62,629 bases of DNA from Candidatus Omnitrophota bacterium. Its GTDB lineage: Bacteria; Omnitrophota; Gorgyraeia; Duberdicusellales; 4484-171. The stretch lies in assembly GCA_024231025.1 (NCBI GenBank), contig JAAEQW010000116.1:1-62629 (forward strand), read 5' to 3'. The notes under the pieces were generated by a model, which was given only the letters and a program-made list of their open reading frames with translations, ran no database searches and was not told the DNA's origin. Numbering within the stretch: position 1 is the stretch's first letter; each line of letters starts with the position of its first letter. Both the position numbers and the translations under genes were made by a program. Shown here one piece after another: positions 29,535 to 40,314 of this stretch.

Positions 29535-30535
29535 GTGAGGATAAAGCCGTAAATTATTGGAATGAGAATGAAGACGAAAGAATTATAAATCTTTCGCTTC
29601 GCCCTACAAAGCTTGACGATTTCATCGGTCAGGGTAATGTAATCTCTTCTTTAAAAATCGCGATCGAAGCTGCTAAAAAAAGAGAGGAGCCGCTTGAGCA
29701 TGTGCTTTTGTCGGGTCCGCCGGGGCTGGGTAAAACATCACTTGCCTACTGCATTGCCAAGGAAATGGGTGCAAAACTTACCACTACTAGTGGTCCGGCA
29801 ATTGAACGAGCCGGAGACCTTGTTGGTATCTTAACAAATCTAGAGTGCGGTGATATCCTTTTTATTGACGAGATCCATCGCATATCGCGTGTAGTTGAGG
29901 AGTTTATCTATCCGGCAATGGAGAATTTTCAAATTGACTTTGTAATTGATAAGGGTCCTTATGCCAAAAGCGTTAAGTTTAACTTACAACCATTTACCTT
30001 AATTGGAGCAACTACTCGCAAAGGACTGTTGAGTGCACCGTTGCGTGGGCGGTTTGGTCTTTTTTATGATTTTGACTTTTATACTCCCGAGGATCTATCA
30101 CATGTTGTTGCAAGAAGTGCTCAGCTTCTCGCTATCGAAGTTGATAAGGAAAGCTGTCTTGAAATTGCTGCTCGTTCGCGCGGCACTCCTAGACTTTGTA
30201 ACCGATTGCTTAAACGCGTACGCGATTATGCACAAGTTGTTGGTGAAGGCAAAATCGATACCAATATTACACATAAAGCTTTAGAAGCTGTAGGAGTTGA
30301 TACTCAGGGATTTGATGATTTAGATAGAAAATATCTTTATTCGTTAATTACTCTTCATGGCGGAGGTCCTGCTGGCATTGAGGCGATTGCTGCATCGTTA
30401 GGTGAAGATAAAGGAACACTAGAAGACGTAGTCGAGCCATATCTTTTGAAAAAGGGATTCATTATGCGCACTCCCCGCGGCCGTGTGGCTAATGAAAGCT
30501 CCTATAACCATCTCAATATCTCCCGCAAGTCTTAG
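29531..30535 (+). CDS. ruvB: Holliday junction branch migration helicase RuvB
   Basis: LRPTKLDDFIGQ, GPPGLGKTS, FIDEIHR and the arginine-finger region. Confidence 0.95.
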   Translation: MSEDKAVNYWNENEDERIINLSLRPTKLDDFIGQGNVISSLKIAIEAAKKREEPLEHVLLSGPPGLGKTSLAYCIAKEMGAKLTTTSGPAIERAGDLVGILTNLECGDILFIDEIHRISRVVEEFIYPAMENFQIDFVIDKGPYAKSVKFNLQPFTLIGATTRKGLLSAPLRGRFGLFYDFDFYTPEDLSHVVARSAQLLAIEVDKESCLEIAARSRGTPRLCNRLLKRVRDYAQVVGEGKIDTNITHKALEAVGVDTQGFDDLDRKYLYSLITLHGGGPAGIEAIAASLGEDKGTLEDVVEPYLLKKGFIMRTPRGRVANESSYNHLNISRKS

Positions 30536-30536
30536 A

Positions 30537-30709
30537 AATAAGAATTAAAAAATCAACTAAAAACGAAAAGCTAAAAGCGAAAAACCATAATTAAAAATTC
30601 AAAATTTCTTTCCGGAATAAAGAGTTTATTTATTTTTAAATTTTACGCTATGGCTTTGCGCTTTGCGTTTTTAGGTTTGCGTTAATTTGATACTTATAAC
30701 TTATAACTA
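30537..30709 (-). repeat. Family-B dispersed long-hairpin repeat (copy B2, inverted) between convergent ruvB and lgt
   Basis: Its reverse complement is near-identical to 32830-32960 (gcaaagcgcaaagccatagcgtaaaatttaaaaataaataaactctttattccggaaagaaattttgaatttttaattatggtttttcgcttttag...). Confidence 0.85.
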
Positions 30710-31405
30710 TCAATAATGTTTTCTGGAATTTTTGAAATATAGAAAAGCTCCAGCAATAATACTAAAGATGGAAAAAATTTGCGAGGTAGATAAAAATTCA
30801 ACATAACCGCGCGGATCTTGGCGAAAAAATTCAATGATAAAGCGAAACAGGCCATAAGTAATTAAATAAGCAAACACAAGCGCTCCGTCGAACTTTTTTC
30901 TTCTTCTTAAGATCCAAAAAGTAACAAAAATTACAAAAAGTCCGCATGCTGAGATTAATTGAATGGGGAATACCGCTTCTAATTTACCGTAGCAACAGCC
31001 ATAAAAAAAGCATCCTATTCTGCCAAAAGCATGCCCTAAGGGTACGCCTAAAATGATGATATCGCTGTATTTTAAAAAGTTTATGTTTTTTCTGCGGGTC
31101 AAAAGGTAAATTGTCGTAAGACCTCCAACTACTCCGCCAAAAAATACAAATCCTGCCCGGGCAAAAATCATATTCAGTGGGTTGGTTAGAAAATCTTTAA
31201 ATTCAACTAAAATGTAAAGTAGTCTTGCTCCGAGGAAAGAGAAAATTAGCGACCAGAAAAATATGTCAGAAAAATCATCATACTTTATTCCGACGCGTTT
31301 AGCTTCTTTTGAGGCGATGGCATATCCGGCTAATACCCCTAAAAAAACGCAAAACCCATAAGTGTAAATTGTAAATGGCCCGATTTTACATAATATTGGA
31401 TGCAT
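30710..31405 (-). CDS. lgt: Prolipoprotein diacylglyceryl transferase
   Basis: Polytopic membrane protein with GPFTIYTYG..., GRIGCFFYGCCYG motifs. The only minus-strand gene in the window. Confidence 0.9.
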   Translation of the reverse strand: MHPILCKIGPFTIYTYGFCVFLGVLAGYAIASKEAKRVGIKYDDFSDIFFWSLIFSFLGARLLYILVEFKDFLTNPLNMIFARAGFVFFGGVVGGLTTIYLLTRRKNINFLKYSDIIILGVPLGHAFGRIGCFFYGCCYGKLEAVFPIQLISACGLFVIFVTFWILRRRKKFDGALVFAYLITYGLFRFIIEFFRQDPRGYVEFLSTSQIFSIFSIIAGAFLYFKNSRKHY

Positions 31406-31558
31406 TTCGCCTCCTTTCTATATCCAAGTATAAGGTATTGTATGCAAAAAATCAAGCAATCTAAATTTATCTCAAGAGAATTTTAAAACTTTCCTAAATA
31501 TTTTCAGGCAGTTAACAAATTTCTTAGTAAGTAGGCTTGCAGATAGTTTCAGATTCCC

Positions 31559-31586
31559 TTCATTTCTAAATAATTTGTGGTATAAT
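31559..31586 (+). promoter_or_regulatory. Extended -10 promoter upstream of tgt
   Basis: TTCATT (31559-64), 16-nt spacer containing TGg (31578-80), TATAAT (31581-86). Confidence 0.45.
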
Positions 31587-31614
31587 CATCTTTAATGTAA
31601 GGGGTATTTTTTGA

Positions 31615-32796
<1,182 letters not shown>

Positions 32797-32799
32797 GGA

Positions 32800-32990
32800 T
32801 GGTTTTAAGTTGTAAGAATTAAGTTAGCGCAAAACTAAAAATGCAAAGCGCAAAGCCATAGCGTAAAATTTAAAAATAAATAAACTCTTTATTCCGGAAA
32901 GAAATTTTGAATTTTTAATTATGGTTTTTCGCTTTTAGTTTTTCGTTTTTAGCTGATTTCTTACGACTTACGACTTATCACTTATGACTG
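32800..32990 (+). repeat. Family-B dispersed long-hairpin repeat (copy B3)
   Basis: Collinear with 11150-11340. Flanked by the word repeats gttgtaagaattaagt / cttacgacttacgacttatcacttatgac. Confidence 0.85.
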
Positions 32991-32994
32991 ACAT

Positions 32995-33690
32995 ATGATT
33001 ATTGATATTGTTACTATATTCCCTAAGATGTTTCTTTCGATAGTTGGGGAGTCGATCATTAAAAGAGGTATTGATAAGGGGTTGGTTAAAATCAACCTGC
33101 ATGATTTGCGTGATTACGCTAAAGAGCCGCACAAAAAAGTAGATGCCCCATCTTATGGAGGTGGGGGAATGGTGTTTCGTGTTGAACCGGTCTTTGAAGC
33201 AATAGAAGGTATTTTAGGATGTAGTATTTACCCTGAGAATAAAAAAAATTCCCAGACGAAAGTTGTTTTAATGAGCCCAAAGGGTAGGCAGTTAAATCAA
33301 AAAATGTCGCGATGTTTCTTGAAATATGAGAGATTAATTGTGTTGGCACCCAGATATGAGGGTGTTGATGAGCGCATTAGATATATTGTTGATGAAGAAA
33401 TATCAATTGGTGACTACGTTTTAAGCGGTGGCGAGTTGCCGGCAATGGTTTTTGTTGATTCTTTGGTCAGATTAATTCCGGGTGTTGTTTCAGATCAGGA
33501 ATCAATCAAGTGCGAAAGTTTTGAGAAAAATGCTTTGGATTTCCCACATTATACCCGACCAGAAGAGTTTCGGGGGATAAAGGTGCCTGAAGTGCTGCTT
33601 TCGGGGGATCACGCGAAGATAAATAAATGGCGAGAAGATAAATCTTTAGAAATAACTAAAGAAAAACGACCAGATCTACTACGTAAATGA
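32995..33690 (+). CDS. trmD: tRNA (guanine37-N1)-methyltransferase
   Basis: IVTIFPKMF, PRYEGVDERI, ISIGDYVLSGGELPA and LLSGDHAKI motifs. Confidence 0.93.
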   Translation: MIIDIVTIFPKMFLSIVGESIIKRGIDKGLVKINLHDLRDYAKEPHKKVDAPSYGGGGMVFRVEPVFEAIEGILGCSIYPENKKNSQTKVVLMSPKGRQLNQKMSRCFLKYERLIVLAPRYEGVDERIRYIVDEEISIGDYVLSGGELPAMVFVDSLVRLIPGVVSDQESIKCESFEKNALDFPHYTRPEEFRGIKVPEVLLSGDHAKINKWREDKSLEITKEKRPDLLRK

Positions 33691-33732
33691 GACTTAGACT
33701 TTTTCTTCCTTTGTTGAAAAAGTCTAAGTCTC
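33689..33732 (+). repeat. Perfect 17-bp-stem hairpin, copy 1 (overlaps the trmD stop)
   Basis: gagacttagactttttc (33689-33705), ttcctttgtt loop, gaaaaagtctaagtctc (33716-33732). Confidence 0.9.
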
Positions 33733-33828
33733 ATTTAGAATGAATATGAATAATAATGGTTCGTCCGGCTGCCTAAATACTGGTGAAACTTCTTCGATAT
33801 TTCCCCAGAGCAGCTCGGACATAAATTC

Positions 33829-33871
33829 GACTAGAGACTTTTTCTTCCTTTGTTGAAAAAGTCTAAGTCTC
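33829..33871 (+). promoter_or_regulatory. Same hairpin, copy 2, ending 4 nt before the rplS Shine-Dalgarno
   Basis: 43 nt (agactttttcttcctttgttgaaaaagtctaagtctcatttag) are identical to copy 1. AGGAGG at 33876-81, ATG at 33888. Confidence 0.6.
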
Positions 33872-33887
33872 ATTTAGGAGGTTTAAC

Positions 33888-34235
33888 ATGGATAAGTTAG
33901 CGCTTACAGAAAAAGAATTAAAGGAAAGCTTAAAGAAGGATTATCCGGAATTTAATCCGGGTGATATTATCAAAGTTTACTACAAAATTAAAGAAAAGGA
34001 TAAGGAGAGGCTGCACCCTATTGAAGGGATTGTAATCAAGCTCCAAGGAGCAATGCACAGGCGCGCATTTACCTTAAGGAGAATTGCTTACGGCCAGGCG
34101 TATGAGGTAACTTTTCCTTACTACACTCCAAACATTGCAAAAATTGAGTTAGTTAAAAAAAGTCGCAGACGTCCGCGTAGAAGCAAGCTTTACTATTTAC
34201 GCAAAAGAGTTGGCAAGAAAGCAATGCTTGCCTAA
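33888..34235 (+). CDS. rplS: 50S ribosomal protein L19
   Basis: FNPGDIIKVYYKIKE..., the ER...F.G region, and the trmD-rplS context. Confidence 0.93.
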   Translation: MDKLALTEKELKESLKKDYPEFNPGDIIKVYYKIKEKDKERLHPIEGIVIKLQGAMHRRAFTLRRIAYGQAYEVTFPYYTPNIAKIELVKKSRRRPRRSKLYYLRKRVGKKAMLA

Positions 34236-34239
34236 TGGA

Positions 34240-34388
34240 TGAGACCAAAGACCATAGACTTTGTATTTAATGACTGATGAAATTGATAGATAAAAAAATA
34301 AAAAATAGTTTCAAGATGACAATCCAAGAATATTGTTTGGTTTTATTTTAGTTAGGTCTGTTGTCTTTGGTCTATTGTCTATAGTCTA
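34240..34388. repeat. Family-C long hairpin ('gaccaaagac/atagac' words)
   Basis: Left arm gagaccaaagaccatagac (~34241-59) faces right arm ggtctgttgtctttggtctattgtctatagtc (34355-86). The same words occur at 13846-66 and 52682-52743. Confidence 0.75.
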
Positions 34389-34392
34389 AATT

Positions 34393-34950
34393 ATGATTGT
34401 TGGTATAGATGAAGCAGGAAGAGGGCCATTAGCGGGAGCAGTTGTGGGGTGCGCGCTTTATTTGGAGAGCGATGTTCCTTTTGTGGTGCGTGATTCGAAA
34501 GAGCTTTCTGCCGGCAAACGTGAAGCGATCTTTGAATGGTTAATGAGTAATGCGATATATTCAGTGAATATTGCAACCGCCCAAGAAATAGATAAAATCA
34601 ACATTTTAAATGCAACTTTTTTAACTTTTAATCGGGCGATTGGCGATTTGATCGAAAAAGTTCCAAAGTTAAAAGAAGCTGAATTCATCATTGATGGTAA
34701 TGCGTTTAAGACATCTCTAGATGTTAATTATCGCTGCATGGTAAAAGCAGACAAGAAAGTTAAGGAAGTGTCTTGTGCGTCAATAGTGGCCAAGGTTACT
34801 AGAGATTATCTGATGGGGATAGCCGATTTTACTTATCCGGAATATAATTTCTTCAAACATAAAGGCTATCCAACAAAAGAGCATTTTTTAGCTGTGGCTA
34901 AACATAGCCTAAGCCCCATTCATCGTAAGAGCTTTAATAGTAAATTATGA
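34393..34950 (+). CDS. rnhB: Ribonuclease HII
   Basis: VGIDEAGRGPLAGAVV and DSKELS motifs; about 185 aa. Confidence 0.92.
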   Translation: MIVGIDEAGRGPLAGAVVGCALYLESDVPFVVRDSKELSAGKREAIFEWLMSNAIYSVNIATAQEIDKINILNATFLTFNRAIGDLIEKVPKLKEAEFIIDGNAFKTSLDVNYRCMVKADKKVKEVSCASIVAKVTRDYLMGIADFTYPEYNFFKHKGYPTKEHFLAVAKHSLSPIHRKSFNSKL

Positions 34951-35462
34951 AAAACAATCGGGCAAAATTTAAAAGTTATTTTAACGATTTAGGCAAAAAG
35001 ACTGCTTCACCTGGCGGAGGGAGTGCAGTATGTGTGATATTTTCCTTAGGGGTTGCTTTGATTGAGATGGCAATGCAATATTCATTGAAGAAAAAACGAA
35101 ACGATATTGATCGCCTAAAGGAGCTACGCGCAAAAGTGTATCCTTTGATTGATTTAGACGGTGAAATCTTTAGCAAGATAATGAAAGCAAAATCGCCTGA
35201 TCGCGCTGCTTTGATCGGCGAAGGTGAAAAACTAATTATCGATTTAGGAAAAAGCGCACATAAAGCATTCAAAATTAGTGCCCCACGCCATGGCGAAATC
35301 AAGAGATGCATTATTAGTGATTTCGATGTTGGTCTTGATTGTTTGAAAATAACTTTGAAGGGGTGTATTGCTAATTTAGAAGGTAATGCTGTAATGTTTG
35401 GTAAGAAGAGTAAGTATATAGAAACTTTTAAAAATATTTTAAAACAATGGCGAAAGTATTAA
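34947..35462 (+). CDS. Cyclodeaminase/cyclohydrolase (FTCD C-terminal-like) family protein
   Basis: ASPGGGSAV motif, helical, about 170 aa, immediately upstream of and overlapping folD. Confidence 0.65.
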   Translation: MKNNRAKFKSYFNDLGKKTASPGGGSAVCVIFSLGVALIEMAMQYSLKKKRNDIDRLKELRAKVYPLIDLDGEIFSKIMKAKSPDRAALIGEGEKLIIDLGKSAHKAFKISAPRHGEIKRCIISDFDVGLDCLKITLKGCIANLEGNAVMFGKKSKYIETFKNILKQWRKY

Positions 35463-36286
35463 AGGCTGAACATATTCACGGTGATTTAATTAAAGAAATC
35501 AAAGAAAGCATTTGTGGTGCTATCTCGCTTGCTTCAGTAAGAATCGGTGACGATTATTCGTCGGGAGTATATTTTTCTCAACAGGAAAAACTTGCCTCAG
35601 AACTCGCAGTAGATTATAAGGCGGTAGTTTTACCAAAAAGTATCAGCATGAGTGATTTTGCTGCTAAGATAAGTGAGCTGAATTGCGACGATAGTATCAA
35701 TGGAATTGTGATTAATAAGCCATTTCCTTCAAATTGGAAAGAAGAAGAAGTGTTCTCTTTAATTGACGCAAAGAAAGACATTGAAGGGATGAATCCTTAC
35801 AGTTTGGGGTTATTGATCATGGGTCGGCCGATGTTTGTTTCACCTACCGTAAAAAGCATTCTGAAGTTTATCAGTTTAACCGGCGTTGACCTAAAGGGCA
35901 AGGAAGTGGTTATTGTGGGTGCATCAATGTTGATCGGACGTCCACTGGCGCCAATTTTAACTAATATGATGGCAACGGTAAGCGTTACGCATATTGAAAC
36001 ATATAATAGTGGTCATTTACCTGATTACCTTAAGCGGGCCGATATCATAGTGAGCTCAGTTGGAAAAGCAGATCTCATAAAAGCGGAATGGGTAAAAGAA
36101 GGAGCAGTTGTGATCGATGTTGGCATTTCAAGAAAAGACGGTCACATTGCCGGTGATGTTGAGTTCGACGGAGTTTCTAAAAAAGCATCATTCATTACGC
36201 CTGTTCCCGGCGGGGTAGGCAAACTTACTACATTATTTTTATTTGGGAATTTAGTAAAAGCGGCAAAAAATAAATGCAGAAAATAA
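35447..36286 (+). CDS. folD: Bifunctional methylenetetrahydrofolate dehydrogenase/cyclohydrolase
   Basis: GASMLIGRPLA Rossmann segment and ITPVPGGVGKLT near the C-terminus. Divergent N-terminal half. Confidence 0.8.
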   Translation: MAKVLKAEHIHGDLIKEIKESICGAISLASVRIGDDYSSGVYFSQQEKLASELAVDYKAVVLPKSISMSDFAAKISELNCDDSINGIVINKPFPSNWKEEEVFSLIDAKKDIEGMNPYSLGLLIMGRPMFVSPTVKSILKFISLTGVDLKGKEVVIVGASMLIGRPLAPILTNMMATVSVTHIETYNSGHLPDYLKRADIIVSSVGKADLIKAEWVKEGAVVIDVGISRKDGHIAGDVEFDGVSKKASFITPVPGGVGKLTTLFLFGNLVKAAKNKCRK

Positions 36287-37224
36287 TAGTTGTTGGTGGT
36301 GGAGTTTCAGGGCTGTCTTTTATTAGAAAGATTAGAGAAAAGCGCTCCGATGTAAAAATTACCTTAGTTGATAAAGCTTCTCATTCGTTTAATAAGAGTG
36401 ATTTTTTGAATACCTTTTCATTTAGAAATCGCATTGATCTTGGTCAATTTTGCTCAGAAACAAAGGTAGAATTTATTCAGGATGCATTAGAGCGGATTAA
36501 CGTTCGCAGAAAAAAAATATATTTTAAAAATAAAGAATCGCGAGATTTCGAAAAATTAGTTATTGCGACCGGATTGAAATCTAAAAAAATTACAGCCAAA
36601 GGTGAGCATCGCGAAGGATTTTTTTATCTTTCGTCGTTTGATCTTCTAGCGTTGCGAAATCGAATAAAGATGTTTAATGAAATAACTGTATTTGTTTCGA
36701 CAATCTTAGGAGTAAAGCTTGCGTTGGGTTTACGTGGATTGGGTAAAGATGTAAGCATCGTAACCGGAGGTTTTGATTTTCTTGGTTTGCACAAAGAGAA
36801 ATTAGAAAACTATTTTAGAGAAAATGATATTTCTGTTTATCAGGCAGCAATTGAGGAAGCAATTGGAGAAGGAACAGTTAAGGCGGTTAAGATAAAACCG
36901 CTAAAGATTTTATCATCGCAGATAGTTTTGGTTGATAGTGGTTTTACGGTGAACCGAGATTTTTTTGAAGAAGACATAAAAATTAGAGATAATTTTTTTA
37001 CTGATTGTCAGGATCTTTATTTTGTCGGTGATGTAAATAATTCCAATATTGATGGAGAGCTGTTTTTCGGTGCAGACTCTAGTAGCGCAGAATCACAAGG
37101 CGAATCACTCGCAGATTATATTTTAGATGGTAAACAGCCTGTGATTGAGATAAGTAATTACGATAAAGAAAAAGCAATTAATAATATTGCATCTAATAGA
37201 GTTAATGCAATATTTCGTGAATAA
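36274..37224 (+). CDS. NAD(P)/FAD-dependent oxidoreductase
   Basis: N-terminal IIVVGGGVSG dinucleotide fold and a second Rossmann-like segment. Substrate unknown. Confidence 0.6.
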   Translation: MQKIIVVGGGVSGLSFIRKIREKRSDVKITLVDKASHSFNKSDFLNTFSFRNRIDLGQFCSETKVEFIQDALERINVRRKKIYFKNKESRDFEKLVIATGLKSKKITAKGEHREGFFYLSSFDLLALRNRIKMFNEITVFVSTILGVKLALGLRGLGKDVSIVTGGFDFLGLHKEKLENYFRENDISVYQAAIEEAIGEGTVKAVKIKPLKILSSQIVLVDSGFTVNRDFFEEDIKIRDNFFTDCQDLYFVGDVNNSNIDGELFFGADSSSAESQGESLADYILDGKQPVIEISNYDKEKAINNIASNRVNAIFRE

Positions 37225-37352
37225 CCAATAACCAAGATGCAAGATACAAACAAATCCCAATATCCAATATCTAATAATCAAAAAATTTGGTTATTTGAAT
37301 TTGGTCATTGGCTATTGTTTGGTTATTGTAACTTGTAACTTGGTTATTCAGT
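37225..37352 (+). repeat. Family-A dispersed long-hairpin repeat (copy A3)
   Basis: caagatgcaagatacaaacaaat...tttggttatttgaatttggtcattggctattgtttggttattgtaacttgtaacttggttatt is collinear with 13150-13260. Confidence 0.85.
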
Positions 37353-37379
37353 AAGGGGAAACTAAAAGGGAGGTTAATC

Positions 37380-38540
37380 ATGGCTGAATGGTTAGGTATA
37401 GGAAGGCGGGCACGCCGTTGTTATGGGTTTGATGAAATTGCATTGGCTCCAGGAAGAATTACAATTGATCCACAAGGTATAGATACTTCTTGGAAATTTG
37501 GCGATAAAGAATTTTCTGTGCCGATCCTTGCCGCAGCGATGGATGGAGTGGTTGGAGTAAAATTTGCCATTGAAATGTCGCGATTAGGTGCAATGGCAGT
37601 TTTAAACTTGGATGGTGTGCAAACGCGCTATGACAATCCGGATGAAGTTTTAGATGAAATAGCCAAAGCAACGCCACCTGAGGCAACTAATCTTATTCAG
37701 AAAGTATATACAACGCCAATTAAGGATAAGCTCATTGCTAAAAGAGTTGACGAGATAAAAAAAGGTAAAGGGTATGCTGCGGTAAGCTGTATTCCTCAAA
37801 ATGCGGCTAAATTTGCACCAATTGCGGAAAGCGCAGGCGTTGATTGTTTTGTGGTTCAGTCTACAGTAACTACCGCAAGACACGAATCCAATAACTATAA
37901 ACCATTAGATTTGCATAAATTTTGTAAAGAAAGAAAAGTGCCGGTTATTTTAGGTAATTGTGTAACTTATGAAGTTATACTGGAGTTGTTTGAAACTGGC
38001 TGTGCTGGTGTATTAGTTGGTGTTGGTCCGGGAGCAGCTTGCACGACAAGAGGCGTTTTGGGTATTGGAGTGCCTCAGGTTACGTCAACGATTGATTGCG
38101 CTAAAGCGCGTGATTTCTATTATCAAAAAACAGGTAAATATATTTCAATTATTACTGATGGCGGCATGCGCAGAGGCGGAGATGTGTGTAAGGCTTTTGC
38201 TAGTGGTGCTGATGCAGTAATGGTTGGCTCTGCTTTCGCAAGAGCTAAAGAGTCACCGGGCGGAGGGTTTCATTGGGGTATGGCAACGTCACACGGCAAC
38301 TTACCGCGTGGAACACGTATTGAAGTTGGTGTAACGGGAACCCTGGAGCAGATTCTTTTTGGTCCGGCAGTGGTTGATGACGGCTCGCAAAATTTGATTG
38401 GTGCGTTAACCACTTCAATGGGGTGTTTGGGCGCAAAGAGTATTAGAGAAATGCAATTTGTTGAAATTATTATTGCTCCTTCGATACAAACCGAAGGAAA
38501 GATTTTTCAAGCCTCACAAGGCATTGGAATGTGTAAATAA
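37380..38540 (+). CDS. GuaB3-type IMP dehydrogenase-related protein (no CBS pair)
   Basis: FDEIALAPG start, catalytic-loop-like GVGPGAACTTR, 386 aa, directly upstream of guaA. Confidence 0.75.
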   Translation: MAEWLGIGRRARRCYGFDEIALAPGRITIDPQGIDTSWKFGDKEFSVPILAAAMDGVVGVKFAIEMSRLGAMAVLNLDGVQTRYDNPDEVLDEIAKATPPEATNLIQKVYTTPIKDKLIAKRVDEIKKGKGYAAVSCIPQNAAKFAPIAESAGVDCFVVQSTVTTARHESNNYKPLDLHKFCKERKVPVILGNCVTYEVILELFETGCAGVLVGVGPGAACTTRGVLGIGVPQVTSTIDCAKARDFYYQKTGKYISIITDGGMRRGGDVCKAFASGADAVMVGSAFARAKESPGGGFHWGMATSHGNLPRGTRIEVGVTGTLEQILFGPAVVDDGSQNLIGALTTSMGCLGAKSIREMQFVEIIIAPSIQTEGKIFQASQGIGMCK

Positions 38541-38582
38541 TGCGGTTGACGGTTAACAGTTGACAGGATAAAAGGAGAGAGA

Positions 38583-40124
38583 TTGAAGAAGAATACGGTT
38601 TTGATTTTGGATTTTGGGTCGCAATATACACAGCTTATTGCTCGACGCGTAAGAGAGCTAAAAGTTTTTAGTGTAATTGAGCCGTGCAATGTATCTTTAG
38701 AAAAAATAAGAAAAATTAATCCGCAGGCGCTAATTCTTTCTGGCGGACCCCATAGCGTTTATGAAAAAGGTGCACCAGGTTTGTGCAAGGGGATTTTTAA
38801 ATTAGGTGTTCCGATTCTTGGAATTTGTTATGGTATGCAGATTTCAGTTCAAACCTTGGGAGGCTTGGTTAAGGAATCTAAAAAGCGTGAATATGGCCGA
38901 GCAGTAATGCATATTGACAGTCATGATGACTTATTTTTTTCGCTTCCGAGGAAAATTACTTCATGGATGAGTCATACTGATCAAACTGTAACTTTACCTA
39001 AAGGATTTAAAGTTCTTGCTCATACGGCAAATACAAAGTTTGCCGCCATTGGGAATAAGAAGAAAAATCTTTATGGTGTGCAGTTTCATCCGGAAGTTGC
39101 ACACACTGAAATGGGCTCACAAATTCTTTCTAATTTTATTTTTAGAATTGCTAAATGTCTTGCTACCTGGAAGTTACAAAATTTTATTACCGATCAAATA
39201 AAAGAAATCCGTAAAAAAGTAGGCAATAAGAATGTTATTTTGGGTTTAAGTGGAGGGGTTGATTCGTCAACTGCTGCTGTACTTTTACACAAAGCAATCG
39301 GCAAAAAATTAAAGTGCATTTTTGTTAATAATGGTGTGCTGCGCAAAAAAGAAGCCGAAAATGTTATTGCTATTTTTCGAGATAAATTTAAGCTTAATTT
39401 ACATTATGCTGATGCAAGTAAATCTTTTTTAGGTAAGCTTAAGGGTGTGGTTGATCCTGAAAAAAAGCGTAAGATTATTGGCCATGAATTTATTAGAGTT
39501 TTTGATGTTGAATCTCGCAAGGTGAAGGATGCGCAATTTTTAGTGCAGGGTACGCTTTATCCGGATGTAATTGAATCAACCTCTTTTTTTGGTGGTCCAA
39601 CTGCACGAATCAAATCTCATCACAATGTTGGAGGGTTACCCAAGAATATGAAATTGAAGTTGATTGAGCCGTTTCGTCAACTTTTTAAGGATGAAGTTAG
39701 AGAGATTGCCAAATTATTAGAATTACCGAATGAAATAATCGGTCGCCATCCTTTTCCTGGTCCGGGGTTGGCGGTGCGCATCATCGGTGAGGTTACAGAA
39801 GAGAGGGTAAAGATCTTGCAAGAAGCCGATGCAATAATGGAAAAGATAATTCGAAAGCATGGCCTTTATGATGATATATGGCAATTACTATGCGTGCTGT
39901 TGCCGCTTAAGACAGTTGGGGTGATGGGAGATAAACGCACTTATGAAAATGTGGCAGCAATTCGTGCGGTGGATAGCGTTGATGGGATGACTGCCGATTG
40001 GTTTAAAATGCCGCATAAAACTTTAGATGAAATTTCTAACGCAATTATTAATAAAGTGCGTGGCATAAATCGTGTTGTTTATGATATAAGCTCTAAACCT
40101 CCGGCAACAATCGAATGGGAATAA
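38583..40124 (+). CDS. guaA: Glutamine-hydrolysing GMP synthase
   Basis: [30 protein letters not shown] and C-terminal [11 protein letters not shown] start after AAGGAGAG. Confidence 0.95.
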   Translation: MKKNTVLILDFGSQYTQLIARRVRELKVFSVIEPCNVSLEKIRKINPQALILSGGPHSVYEKGAPGLCKGIFKLGVPILGICYGMQISVQTLGGLVKESKKREYGRAVMHIDSHDDLFFSLPRKITSWMSHTDQTVTLPKGFKVLAHTANTKFAAIGNKKKNLYGVQFHPEVAHTEMGSQILSNFIFRIAKCLATWKLQNFITDQIKEIRKKVGNKNVILGLSGGVDSSTAAVLLHKAIGKKLKCIFVNNGVLRKKEAENVIAIFRDKFKLNLHYADASKSFLGKLKGVVDPEKKRKIIGHEFIRVFDVESRKVKDAQFLVQGTLYPDVIESTSFFGGPTARIKSHHNVGGLPKNMKLKLIEPFRQLFKDEVREIAKLLELPNEIIGRHPFPGPGLAVRIIGEVTEERVKILQEADAIMEKIIRKHGLYDDIWQLLCVLLPLKTVGVMGDKRTYENVAAIRAVDSVDGMTADWFKMPHKTLDEISNAIINKVRGINRVVYDISSKPPATIEWE

Positions 40125-40127
40125 AGT

Positions 40128-40312
40128 CGTAAATGCTAAATAACCAAGAAACAAGATACAATAACCAAATAATCACCAAGAACCAAATTTCAATAATCAA
40201 ACGAAATGTTAACTATTAGTTTTATATTTATATAGTATATCTTGTTTGATTATTGGTCATTGGTTATTACTTGTACCTTGTTTCTCGGTTATTGATTATT
40301 TGCTTACAACTA
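40128..40312. repeat. Family-A-type long hairpin (copy A4)
   Basis: aaataaccaagaaacaagatacaataaccaaataatcacc...caataatcaaac faces gtttgattattggtcattggttattacttgtaccttgtttctcggttatt. Confidence 0.8.
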
Positions 40313-40314
40313 AT

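Noticed and set aside
33740-33859. 39-codon ORF (MNMNNNGSSGCLNTGETSS...) between the two trmD-rplS hairpins.
   Set aside because: It has no SD and a low-complexity translation, and it terminates inside the second hairpin. It is more likely non-coding leader sequence.
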